Positions 30,224 through 39,345 of a stretch of DNA of 63,460 nt are shown here, one piece after another; the first letter of the stretch is position 1, and each line of letters starts with the position of its first letter. This stretch comes from an uncultured Dehalococcoidia bacterium (GTDB taxonomy: Bacteria; Chloroflexota; Dehalococcoidia; SM23-28-2). Below the pieces are notes generated by a model. The model saw only the letters and a list, made by a program, of their open reading frames with translations, did not search any database and was not told the DNA's origin. The stretch is from assembly GCA_964512285.1 (NCBI GenBank), contig CAZEJO010000001.1, positions 45,784 through 109,243 of the forward strand, read 5' to 3'. The translations under genes were made by a program, and so were the position numbers.

Positions 30224-31534
30224 ATGAGACGCAAGCAGATGATGACTCTATCAGCCAAAGTCAGCGCTTCGTTGGCCGTTCTGCTCCTGGCATGCCTGGT
30301 GGCAGTCCCCCTACTGGGCGGCTGCGGGGACGAAGGAGAGGAGGCTCCTACCCCTGCCGGCACGCCCACAGCCGGCGCGACCGGCACGCCTGCCACCACG
30401 ACGGAGGCGCCGGGCATCACGGACACGGAGATAATCCTGGGAGCGGATAACATTCTCAGTGGCGGCATGGGGGCGGTCTACGCGACGCTCACCGATGCCA
30501 CAAGGGCCTACTTCGATTACGTTAATGACACCGAGGGGGGCGTCTGCGGGCGGAAGATCGTCTACAAGGTGGAGGACAACCAGGACGACCCGGCCAGAGG
30601 TCTGGAGGCGGTGCGCAAGCTGGTGGAGCGCGACAAGGTGTTCGCCATGGTCGGCTCCCTGAGCGAAGCTGCCCATCCCGCCGTTTGGGAGTACCTGAAC
30701 GAGAAGGGCGTGCCCGACCTGTGCTCTGCCGGAAGCGACATGTTCGGCGCTGACCCCCAGGGGCATCCATGGACTGTCCAGATGATCCCCAGCTACAAGA
30801 GCGAGGCCGCGGTCTTCTTCGGCCGGTACATCTCGGAGAACCTGCCCGGCAAGAAGGTGGCTGTGCTCTACCCGAATATCCAGCAGGGCTTCGACCACCT
30901 GGCAGGGGTGAAGGAGGGCCTGGACCCCGATAAGAACGAGATCGTCTCGGAGCAGACCTACGAGGTCACGGACATCTCTATCAGTTCCCAGGTGAGCAGC
31001 ATGAAGAACGCCGGCGCCGAGGTGGTCACCACCATTGCCACTCCTCCCTTCACCGCTCAGGCCATTCAACAGGCCGACCGTCTGGGCTGGCATCCCGACT
31101 GGTTCTTGAGCTACATCAATTCCGACGAGATGATATTTCAGTTCGTTTCGCCCGAGCTACTGGAGGGCGCCATTAGCGACCAGGCCTTCAAGCTGGCGAT
31201 CTGGACCGATGAGCCGGCCATAGTCAAACACCATGAGATCATGCGAGACTACGGCGGGCCGTCGCCCTCCAACTTCAGCCTCTATGCCCAGGCGCTGGCA
31301 GAAGTGGCGGTGGAAGCGCTCGGCAGGACCTGTGACAACCTAACGCGGGAGGGGTTCACCGATGCGCTGGAGTCCATCAAGGACTATCACAGCGACCTGT
31401 TCCTGGACGACGTGAACATCTCCTTCTCTGAAACCGACCACACGGGCCTGGAAAGCGGCCACATGCTCAGGGCTACCGTGGAGGACGGGAAGGGCAAGTG
31501 GGAGTACTTCGGCCCACTATATGAGTACCGGTAG
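30224..31534 (+). CDS. LivJ-type substrate-binding lipoprotein, paralogue D
   Basis: The start was set at ATG 30224 with SD GGAGGAGAGG. Lipobox LLGGC. YFDYVNDTEGGVCGRKIVYK. Confidence 0.85.
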   Translation: MRRKQMMTLSAKVSASLAVLLLACLVAVPLLGGCGDEGEEAPTPAGTPTAGATGTPATTTEAPGITDTEIILGADNILSGGMGAVYATLTDATRAYFDYVNDTEGGVCGRKIVYKVEDNQDDPARGLEAVRKLVERDKVFAMVGSLSEAAHPAVWEYLNEKGVPDLCSAGSDMFGADPQGHPWTVQMIPSYKSEAAVFFGRYISENLPGKKVAVLYPNIQQGFDHLAGVKEGLDPDKNEIVSEQTYEVTDISISSQVSSMKNAGAEVVTTIATPPFTAQAIQQADRLGWHPDWFLSYINSDEMIFQFVSPELLEGAISDQAFKLAIWTDEPAIVKHHEIMRDYGGPSPSNFSLYAQALAEVAVEALGRTCDNLTREGFTDALESIKDYHSDLFLDDVNISFSETDHTGLESGHMLRATVEDGKGKWEYFGPLYEYR

Positions 31535-31578
31535 GAGGACGCGGCCAGGCGGAAGCAGGACGGGAGGCGGGGGGTCCG

Positions 31579-31608
31579 GCGGCCGTGCGGCTTGGGGCCG
31601 CGCGTTTT
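31579..31608 (+). terminator. Candidate intrinsic terminator between convergent genes
   Basis: GCGGCC (31579-84) pairs with GGCCGC (31596-601) and is followed by GCGTTTT. Confidence 0.4.
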
Positions 31609-31614
31609 CACTTC

Positions 31615-32520
31615 TTAGTTGGCAGTGACTGGCTGTGGTGACGGGAGGGCAAGGTCGTGGTGGTTCTCTGAGCGGAGTGTCTCCCAGGCCCACTGCAGCA
31701 CCGCTGCCACTACCCTGGGGTCGAACTGTGAGCCAGCGTTGCGCTCGATTTCCTCTATCGCCTGGCTATGCGAGAGGGCTGGGCGGTACGGGCGATCGGA
31801 GGTCATCGCATCGTAGGCATCGGCCACCGCGAACACGCGTGCAGCAAGGGGTATGTCGTCGCCGGCAAGGCCGCGCGGGTAGCCCTTGCCGTCGAAGCGT
31901 TCGTGATGGCAGTAGACAATCTCGGCGACTTGGTCGAGGAAGGCATCCCCGCCTACTATCGAACGTCCGTAGGCTGGGTGGCGCCTCATCTGTTCCCATT
32001 CGGTGACAGACAGGGGGCCTGGCTTCGTAAGGATGTCGTCGGCCACGCCAAGTTTGCCCACGTCGTGCAGAAGAGCAGCCCACTTTAGGTGCTGCATTTC
32101 GTCATCAGACATGCCCAGTCGCTGCCCTAGCTGCATAGCGAGGTCGGCGACCCGCGCAGAGTGGCCACCGGTAATCCCGTCCCTCAGGTCGAGAGCCGAG
32201 AACATAACTTGCCAGAGGGACTCGTAGTTCTCCTCCACCTCCTGTATGTAGAGGGTGCTCTGGCGAAAGCGGGAGGTGAGGATTAGCGCTTGGCCAGCGG
32301 CAGTGAAGGCCAAGATACCCAAGAGTGCCAGGAGAGCTGCGCTGGCGGCGTAGTTCATAGGGTTCGGTTCTTGCCATATCAGGAACGTGGCTATGATGGC
32401 GCTTGTCGTGATAGCGCCGGTGATCCATAACCAGCGCAGGTGGGGGCTGGCAGAATCGAGCCGCGTTTCGATCCTCGTGGTGACGCGTCGCGTCTCTGCG
32501 GAGCGAAGCTTGCTTCCCAT
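31615..32520 (-). CDS. Membrane-anchored HD-GYP domain protein (c-di-GMP phosphodiesterase family)
   Basis: N-terminal TM helices. HSARVADLA..LLHDVGKLGV..HHERFDGKGYPRGL. Confidence 0.85.
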   Translation of the reverse strand: MGSKLRSAETRRVTTRIETRLDSASPHLRWLWITGAITTSAIIATFLIWQEPNPMNYAASAALLALLGILAFTAAGQALILTSRFRQSTLYIQEVEENYESLWQVMFSALDLRDGITGGHSARVADLAMQLGQRLGMSDDEMQHLKWAALLHDVGKLGVADDILTKPGPLSVTEWEQMRRHPAYGRSIVGGDAFLDQVAEIVYCHHERFDGKGYPRGLAGDDIPLAARVFAVADAYDAMTSDRPYRPALSHSQAIEEIERNAGSQFDPRVVAAVLQWAWETLRSENHHDLALPSPQPVTAN

Positions 32521-32721
32521 CGCCCGCGCCTCTTCAATGCTTGACGTAATCCCTTTACCTCCTGAGGTGTCTGGAGCCCTTCAAGGGTCTCCGATTAGCT
32601 AAGACGCGAGGGAGTGGGGCTTTGTTACCTTGCGCTGGCAGGATGATGCCGTTAGCGGTCACCTGGGTATAGAGGTTGCAGGAGTGAGCCCTTATGTCGT
32701 CCGCTGTCTTGCCGCGAGGGG

Positions 32722-33891
32722 CTAGCCGCGTGGTAGGTCCAGGCCGCGCGTGGCGATGATGTTCCGCTGGATCTCATTGCTGCCAGCGTAGATGGTCACG
32801 CCCATTGTCCACAGGTACTCGTATTCAATGACACCATTCAAGGCGGCTCGCTTCGATTCCTCTGCCAGTTGGCCATATAGACCCAGGAGATGCATGCCGA
32901 AGTTGGCTACTCGCTGCTGGAGCTCGGTGGTGAAGGTCTTGGCTACCGAGGACTCGTAACTGGGCATGAGGCCACGACTTGCCATCCACACGATACGATG
33001 GCTGAGGAGTTGGGCAACTTCCATCTCGATGGTCAGTTCGGCCAGCTTACCGCCGACCAGCGGGTCTTTAATAAGGGGCTGGCCATTCCGCTTGGTCTCT
33101 TTAGCGAACTCCACAAGGCGCCGGAGAATCTCACGGCTCTCGACGACATAGGAACCAATGGCGGATCGCTCGAAGGCTAGAGTGGTGAGGGCCACGTGCC
33201 AGCCCTCGTTCTCCTTGCCCACTCGGTTGCTCTTGGGCACGCGCACGTTGTCGAAGTAGACCTCGTAATAGTCGGCCTTCCCCGTCATTTGGATGATAGG
33301 ATTGATGCTGACGCCAGGAGATCGCATGTCTACCAGGAGGTAGGAAATGCCGCGGTGCTTTGGTGCCTGGGGGTCTGTTCTGACCATAAGGTGTATCCAG
33401 TCGCCGTGATGACCTCTGGTGCACCAGGTCTTCTGTCCGTTGACTACGTAGTCATCGCCATCGACCACTGCGCGAGCCTGGAGGCTGGCTAGGTCAGAGC
33501 CGGCATTGGGCTCGCTGAACCCCTGGACCCAGACAACCTCACTGCGGGCTATGGGCGGCAGGAAGCGTTTCTTCTGATCTTCAGTACCGTAGGACATCAG
33601 GCACGGCCCCACCATGTACACACCCTGGCCGTCTACGACGGGCGCGTGGGCAGCGGCCATTTCCTCCTGGAACACCATTCGGTGCATGTGGCTCGCGCCC
33701 AGGCCGCCGTATTCCTTGGGCCAGGCCATGCAGAGCCATCCCTTGGCACCGAGCTTCTTCTCCAGCTCCTTGGCTGCATTCCAGTGCTCGGGATTGTCTA
33801 GATCGTAGTCGGTGAGAGCCCACTCCTTCTGAAGGAACTCTCTTACCTCTTTGCGGAATGCTTCTTCTTCTTCGCTAAACCGGAAGTCCAT
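32722..33891 (-). CDS. Acyl-CoA dehydrogenase family protein
   Basis: 389 aa ACAD fold (EEEAFRKEVREF..GFSEPNAGSDL..IYAGSNEIQRNII). Confidence 0.85.
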   Translation of the reverse strand: MDFRFSEEEEAFRKEVREFLQKEWALTDYDLDNPEHWNAAKELEKKLGAKGWLCMAWPKEYGGLGASHMHRMVFQEEMAAAHAPVVDGQGVYMVGPCLMSYGTEDQKKRFLPPIARSEVVWVQGFSEPNAGSDLASLQARAVVDGDDYVVNGQKTWCTRGHHGDWIHLMVRTDPQAPKHRGISYLLVDMRSPGVSINPIIQMTGKADYYEVYFDNVRVPKSNRVGKENEGWHVALTTLAFERSAIGSYVVESREILRRLVEFAKETKRNGQPLIKDPLVGGKLAELTIEMEVAQLLSHRIVWMASRGLMPSYESSVAKTFTTELQQRVANFGMHLLGLYGQLAEESKRAALNGVIEYEYLWTMGVTIYAGSNEIQRNIIATRGLDLPRG

Positions 33892-33950
33892 CGTTGCCTC
33901 CTTTGCGGACGACGGCCCGCCGTGTGCAAGCTTTTTGGCGTGCCTGTAGC

Positions 33951-33979
33951 ATTATACCCTATGTGAAGCTAGAGTCTAG
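33951..33979 (-). promoter_or_regulatory. Candidate promoter (-10 TATAAT on the minus strand) with an overlapping 11-bp palindrome
   Basis: The reverse complement of 33951-33956 is TATAAT. CTAGAGTCTAG at 33969-33979 sits where the -35 would be. Confidence 0.25.
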
Positions 33980-34211
33980 ACTTGGGCGAGCGCCCCAGCG
34001 GGTTGCGCACGTTGCTCCTCTTCTAGCGCTCTGGCGGGCTTGACAGCGGCCAGGGGGAGCGATGAACATCGACCGAGGCTGGTTCTTGTAGACTGGGAGC
34101 TAAGCTTATCGTGGGGCCCGACGGCATCGGTCTGTGCTGCGAGGTGTGCCTGGGGTGTGACCGGCTCCGCTCCAGGGGCGCAGTGGGTGACGTTCAGGGC
34201 CAATTCAGGCA

Positions 34212-34637
34212 GTGGGGGAAACTATGAAGAGCTACACTGAATACCTGTGGTTCGATACGGGGACGCGACGCGATCTGGCGAACATCACCAGCGAGGTCGA
34301 CACCATACTTCACAAGTCTGGCGTTCAGGAGGGCTTTTGCCTGGTGAGCGCGATGCACATCACCGCTGGCATCTGGGTCAACGACCACGAAGAGGGCCTG
34401 TGGCAGGACTTCTGGGAGTGGCTGGAGGGGCTTGCCCCGTATCGGAAGGACTACAAGCACCATCGCGGTGGCGAGGACAACGGCGACGCTCACCTGAAGC
34501 GGTCGTTGATCCACCATCAGGTCGTGCTGCCCGTCACCGCGGGCAAGCTTGACTTGGGGCCGTGGGAGCAGGTCTTCTACGCCGAGTTCGACGGCCAGCG
34601 CCGCAAGCGGGTAGTACTCAAGGTCATCGGCGAGTAA
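34212..34637 (+). CDS. yjbQ: YjbQ/UPF0047 family protein (secondary thiamine-phosphate synthase family)
   Basis: 141 aa. [65 protein letters not shown]. Confidence 0.8.
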   Translation: MGETMKSYTEYLWFDTGTRRDLANITSEVDTILHKSGVQEGFCLVSAMHITAGIWVNDHEEGLWQDFWEWLEGLAPYRKDYKHHRGGEDNGDAHLKRSLIHHQVVLPVTAGKLDLGPWEQVFYAEFDGQRRKRVVLKVIGE

Positions 34638-34707
34638 CCACCAGAAGCTGATATAATGGGTTTACGTAGCTGCGGCCGATGAGCGTGGTCGTGGCAGGGA
34701 AGAATCA

Positions 34708-37092
34708 GTGATAGCCAGCTCTATCGTTTGCTCTCCCTCTCCGTCTCTCTCGCCGCGGGTTCGCCGCCTGCGGCAGGAGTTCTTTTCCTTTTGCTCGCGG
34801 GACTACTTCCGCAACGAGGTGCGCCCCTATACCAGCGGTTTGCCCTGGGATGCGGTCTGGTCGCCTCATAGCTGGACCGTCGTCCCCGAGCTGTATCCTT
34901 TCCTGGACGCCTACCAGGACAGCCTGCTGGCCGCCGCCGAGAACGTGGAGCTTCCCGCGGGCTTCTGGCGGGAACCGCTCGTCGTGCGACGGGCTCTCTT
35001 CTTCCAGACGGTTTTGGAGAGGCACCTGCCGGTCAAGATCCTGGATGGAGAGCTAATCGTTGGCTCTTACTTCAATACTGCCCTGTCCAAGACGCACACC
35101 AGGCGAGAGGGGCGGCGCTGGAAAAAGATGGTCGGGCGCTCGCTTCGGGAGGCGAGGGAGCTGAATGGCCTGGGCGTCGGCAACTGCGGCGCTGTGCCCG
35201 GCCACATCATCCCCAACTACCCGAAGGTGCTGCGGCTCGGCTTTCGAGGGATCGTGGCGGAACTGGAGGAGAAGCTTCAACGAGCGCGAGGCAGGAAGAG
35301 GAAGGACTTCCTGCGGGCCCTGATCATCTCCTGCCAGGCGGCGGCGGTCTTTGCCTCGCGCTACGCAGCCGAGGCCGAGCGGCTGGCGGCGGAGGAGCCT
35401 GATGAGAGCCGCCGTGAGGAGCTGCAGCAGATCGCCACCATCTGCCGCAAGGTGCCCTGGGAGCCGGCCCAATCCTTCCGCGAAGTGCTGCAAGCCCTGT
35501 GGTTCAGCCACATGCTGGTGATGGCAGCGGAATCGTATCCTGGGGCTGGCCTTTCTCCCGGCCGCATCGACCAGTATCTCTACCCATACTATCAGCGCGA
35601 CATCGATTCGGGGCAGATGACGCGCGACGGGGCGCGGGAACTGCTTGAGTGCTACTGGATCAAGCACAACTACGCCTATGACTACCAAGGGCGAGTGGGG
35701 ACCAACCAGGGGATCAGCTCCGGCTTCGGCCAGCTTGTCACTCTGGGCGGTCTGGGCCGCGAGGGCGAGGACGCCAGCAATCCTCTCACCTGGCTCATGC
35801 TGGACGTGATCGAGGACATGAACCTTCTGGAGCCAAAGCCCAACGTTCGCCTTCATCACAACACGCCCGACGACCTACTCGAGCGGGTGGTGGAGCTTAT
35901 CGCTGGGGCGCAGGGCTCCCCCTTCCTTCTCAACTTCGACGAGGCTGCCATACGGGGACTCGAATGGCAAGGGTTGCCCAGGGGCGAGCTCTGGGATTAC
36001 GCGCCGGTCGGTTGTCTGGAGAACACCCTGCAGGGCAACGATCGGTCAGGCACGGTGGATGTCAACCTGAACATCGCCAAGGCGGTGGAGCTGGCTCTGA
36101 ACGACGGCAGGGAGATGCAGACAGGCAAGCGGCTCGGCCCAGGCACAGGCAATCCCAGGGGCTTCGCCGACTTCCTCGCCTTCTTCGCTGCCTTCAAGGC
36201 TCAGCTTAAGGCGCTCCTGGAGCGGCTGATCGACTGCAACAATGGGGCCGATGCCATCCGCGCGGCCCTGGAGCCCACGCCCTACCTGAGCGTGCTGGTG
36301 GACGGCTGCGCCGACAGCGGCCGCGATATCACCGCCGGCGGGGCGGTCCACAACTACATCACGGTCGAGGGCATCGCCCTGGCCACAGCCGTGGACTCCC
36401 TGGCGGCTGTCAAGAAGCTGGTCTACGAGGACAAGACGGTTAGCATGGACGAGCTGCTGACGGCCATCCGTGCCAACTTCGAGGGGCACGAGGCGCTGCG
36501 CCAGACGCTGGTCAACAAGGCGCCGAAGTTCGGCAACGACGACTCGTATGTGGATGAAATCGCTCGGGAGGTGTCCCAGTTCTGGACGGAGGAGGCTTTC
36601 AAGCACACCTCGCCGGCCAGCGGACGGCGCTATCGGGGAGGCTACCTCTCCTGGAACTACTGGGTTGCTTATGCTCCCTCCACGGCCGCTACCCCGGATG
36701 GGCGCAAGCGGGGCACCTTCCTATCCAACGGCGTCTGCCCGGTCAACGGCGCCGACCGCCAGGGCCCCACAGCGGTCATCAAGTCGGTGGGCCACTTGGG
36801 GCTGGAGACAGCTCCCAACGGCGGCTCACAGACCCTGAGTCTCAGCCCCTCCATGGTTCGGGACGCCGAGCATCGGGCTAAGCTGGCCGCTCTGCTGCGG
36901 GCCTATGGTCGAGTCGGCGGCACCTGCCTCCAGATCAATATGGTGGACCCCGCCACCCTGCGGGCGGCCCAGACCGATCCGGAGACCTATCGCAATCTGC
37001 TGGTGCGGGTGACCGGCTACAACGCCTATTTCGTAATGCTGGGGAAGGAGATCCAGAACGAGATCATTGCCCGTGAGGCGCATGGAGTCTAG
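34708..37092 (+). CDS. Glycyl radical enzyme (PFL2/glycerol-dehydratase-like family), substrate unknown
   Basis: 794 aa with a GTG start after AGGGAAGA. Glycyl motif LLVRVTGYNAYF (Gly770 = nt 37015-37017). Cys loop YAPVGCLENT (Cys436 = nt 36013-36015, Glu438). Family motifs PGHIIPNY and SPGRIDQYLYPYY. Confidence 0.9.
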   Translation: MIASSIVCSPSPSLSPRVRRLRQEFFSFCSRDYFRNEVRPYTSGLPWDAVWSPHSWTVVPELYPFLDAYQDSLLAAAENVELPAGFWREPLVVRRALFFQTVLERHLPVKILDGELIVGSYFNTALSKTHTRREGRRWKKMVGRSLREARELNGLGVGNCGAVPGHIIPNYPKVLRLGFRGIVAELEEKLQRARGRKRKDFLRALIISCQAAAVFASRYAAEAERLAAEEPDESRREELQQIATICRKVPWEPAQSFREVLQALWFSHMLVMAAESYPGAGLSPGRIDQYLYPYYQRDIDSGQMTRDGARELLECYWIKHNYAYDYQGRVGTNQGISSGFGQLVTLGGLGREGEDASNPLTWLMLDVIEDMNLLEPKPNVRLHHNTPDDLLERVVELIAGAQGSPFLLNFDEAAIRGLEWQGLPRGELWDYAPVGCLENTLQGNDRSGTVDVNLNIAKAVELALNDGREMQTGKRLGPGTGNPRGFADFLAFFAAFKAQLKALLERLIDCNNGADAIRAALEPTPYLSVLVDGCADSGRDITAGGAVHNYITVEGIALATAVDSLAAVKKLVYEDKTVSMDELLTAIRANFEGHEALRQTLVNKAPKFGNDDSYVDEIAREVSQFWTEEAFKHTSPASGRRYRGGYLSWNYWVAYAPSTAATPDGRKRGTFLSNGVCPVNGADRQGPTAVIKSVGHLGLETAPNGGSQTLSLSPSMVRDAEHRAKLAALLRAYGRVGGTCLQINMVDPATLRAAQTDPETYRNLLVRVTGYNAYFVMLGKEIQNEIIAREAHGV

Positions 37093-37164
37093 GTCGTTGA
37101 CGGGTGCGCCTTAGCGGGTCGGTGGGCCGAAGAGACGGCTGCAATCGCTAAAGGAGGAGAAATC

Positions 37165-38400
37165 ATGCTGGATGCTGTGCTGAGTGAGGAGCAGAAGAAG
37201 CTGCGGGATGAGGTGCGGGTTTTCGTGCGCGATGATGTGCCGCGCCAGCTCATCCTGGACATGGATGCCGAGCGGGTGCACTATCCCCGCCAGTTCCTAG
37301 AAGCGGCCGCCCGCCGCCGGCTGCTGGGCCTGCGCTTCCCGGAGGAATACGGCGGCCGGGGGTTGGGTTGGGCAGACGAGGTGGTGGCCCTGGCGGAGGT
37401 GGGTATGGTAGGAGGCTCGCTGAGCTGTCTCTACTCTCTCGTCAGCATCGTCGGTGAGGCATTGCACGTCTTTGGCACGCCGGAGCAGAAGGACAGGTGG
37501 TTGCGTCCAGCCCTCGAGGGCAAGCTCACCGTGGCCGAGGCCCTCACCGAGCCGCGGGGCGGCTCCGACTTCTTCGGGGCGACGACCACAGCCCGACGCG
37601 AGGGCGATGTCTACGTGCTCAACGGCCAGAAGCGATTCATCGTGGGCGCCGAGGGGGCTGACTACTTCCTGGTGTATGCGCGCACCAACCCCGACGGCTC
37701 CTCGCGCGAAGCGCTCAGCGCCTTCATCGTCGAGAAGGGGCCCGGCGTCGAGGTTCAGCACGTCTATGGGCTGCTGGGCACGCGCGGCGGTGGCGCCGGG
37801 CGGGTGTACTTCCGGGACGTCGCCGTGCCCAGGGAGAACCTCATCGGCCGGGAGCACGGCGGGGCCGAGGTCTTCTATCAGATGATGATCCCGGAACGGA
37901 TGACCAGTGCGGCAGGCGCGCTGGGTGGGGCGCAGGCTGCTCTGGAGATCGCCGCCCGCTACAGCAACCAGCGCAAGGCCTTCGGCCGGAAGATCCGCGC
38001 CTTCGAGGGGGTTAGCTTCAAGGTGGCCGACAGCATTACTCTCCTCGACGCCAGCCGGGGGCTGGTCGATCTCGTCGCCCGTTGCATCGACGCTGGCGAC
38101 GAGCCGGGCCGCGCCCGCCGCCTGGTGTCCGAGGCCAAGAAGTTCGCCACCGAGGCAGGCTGGGAGATCATCAACCACGCCATGCAGATCATGGGCGGCA
38201 TCGGCTACACCAACGTCTATCCCATTGAGCGACTGCTCCGCGACGCGCGGTTGACCATGATCTGGACTGGCACCAGCGAGATCATGAATCTCATCATCCA
38301 GCACGAGTACTATCGTGAACTGGGACTCCCCTGGCAGGGCCGCGACGTAGAGGCCGATGCGCCGGAGGCGGATCAACTCGAAGAAAAAGTGTACGAGTGA
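37165..38400 (+). CDS. Acyl-CoA dehydrogenase family protein (between the GRE and its activase)
   Basis: 411 aa ACAD fold ([38 protein letters not shown]). SD AAAGGAGGAG. Confidence 0.85.
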   Translation: MLDAVLSEEQKKLRDEVRVFVRDDVPRQLILDMDAERVHYPRQFLEAAARRRLLGLRFPEEYGGRGLGWADEVVALAEVGMVGGSLSCLYSLVSIVGEALHVFGTPEQKDRWLRPALEGKLTVAEALTEPRGGSDFFGATTTARREGDVYVLNGQKRFIVGAEGADYFLVYARTNPDGSSREALSAFIVEKGPGVEVQHVYGLLGTRGGGAGRVYFRDVAVPRENLIGREHGGAEVFYQMMIPERMTSAAGALGGAQAALEIAARYSNQRKAFGRKIRAFEGVSFKVADSITLLDASRGLVDLVARCIDAGDEPGRARRLVSEAKKFATEAGWEIINHAMQIMGGIGYTNVYPIERLLRDARLTMIWTGTSEIMNLIIQHEYYRELGLPWQGRDVEADAPEADQLEEKVYE

Positions 38401-38403
38401 ACT

Positions 38404-39327
38404 ATGCCCACCGGCATCACCTTCAACGTTCAGAGGTTCAGCACCGAGGACGGGCCGGGCATCCGCACCACCGTCTTCATGAAGGGCTGCCCCCTGCGCT
38501 GCAAGTGGTGCCACAACCCGGAGGGACTCTCTCCCCAGGCGGAGCTGGTGTGGTACGACGTGCGCTGCGTCGGTGCCCGCGAGTGCCTCACGGTCTGTCC
38601 CGACGACGCCCTGGAGCTGACGCCGGAGGGGATGCGCCTGGATAGGGAGCGTTGCACAGTGTGCGGCTTGTGCGAGGAGGCCTGCCCCGCAGGCGCTCTG
38701 GAAGTGATCGGAAGGGAGTGGACAGCCGAGACGCTCTACGCCGAGGTGGCCAAGGACAGCGCCTTCTACGAGACGTCCAGCGGAGGCGTCACGGTATCGG
38801 GCGGCGAGCCCATCATGCAGGCCGAATTCGTCGAGGCCTTTCTGAGCCTTTGTCGGGAAGGGGGAATACATACTGCCCTGGACACCTGCGGCCACGCCGA
38901 CTGGGGGGTCTACGAGCGGCTTCTCCCCTTCGTCGACCTCGTGCTCTACGATCTGAAGATCATGGACAGGGAGCGGCATCGGGAGGCTACCGGCGTCTAT
39001 CCGGACCGCATTCTGGAGAACGCCAAGCGCATCGCCCAGAAGGGGACTCCGATATGGGTGCGCACGCCGATCGTTCCCGGCTACACCGACGATGAGGACA
39101 ACATCGCCCGCCTGGCCGCCTACATCCGCGACGAACTGAGCACCGTCGAGCGCTGGGACCTGTTGGCCTACACCAACCTTGGCCAGCCCAAGTATTGTCG
39201 TCTGAGCCGGCCTTACGCTCTGGAAGACGCAGAGCTGCCGACTCGAGCCAAGATGGAGCGGCTACAGACGGTGGCCCTGCGAGGCGGAGCGGACGTCGCC
39301 GTGTGGTCGGGAGCGGTGCGGGACTAG
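38404..39327 (+). CDS. Glycyl-radical enzyme activating protein (radical SAM, with ferredoxin-like insert)
   Basis: FSTEDGPGIRTTVFMKGCPLRCKWCHNPE, plus CVGARECLTVCP and CTVCGLCEEACP clusters. Starts 3 nt after the ACAD stop. Confidence 0.9.
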   Translation: MPTGITFNVQRFSTEDGPGIRTTVFMKGCPLRCKWCHNPEGLSPQAELVWYDVRCVGARECLTVCPDDALELTPEGMRLDRERCTVCGLCEEACPAGALEVIGREWTAETLYAEVAKDSAFYETSSGGVTVSGGEPIMQAEFVEAFLSLCREGGIHTALDTCGHADWGVYERLLPFVDLVLYDLKIMDRERHREATGVYPDRILENAKRIAQKGTPIWVRTPIVPGYTDDEDNIARLAAYIRDELSTVERWDLLAYTNLGQPKYCRLSRPYALEDAELPTRAKMERLQTVALRGGADVAVWSGAVRD

Positions 39328-39345
39328 GAAGCGTGGGGAACGAAT

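Noticed and set aside
37297-38979. 560-aa ORF on the minus strand spanning the ACAD and the GRE activase
   Set aside because: It is antisense to two well-supported genes. Its composition is Ala/Gly/Arg/Pro-rich and low in complexity, as expected for shadow ORFs in high-GC DNA, and I recognised no domain motifs.
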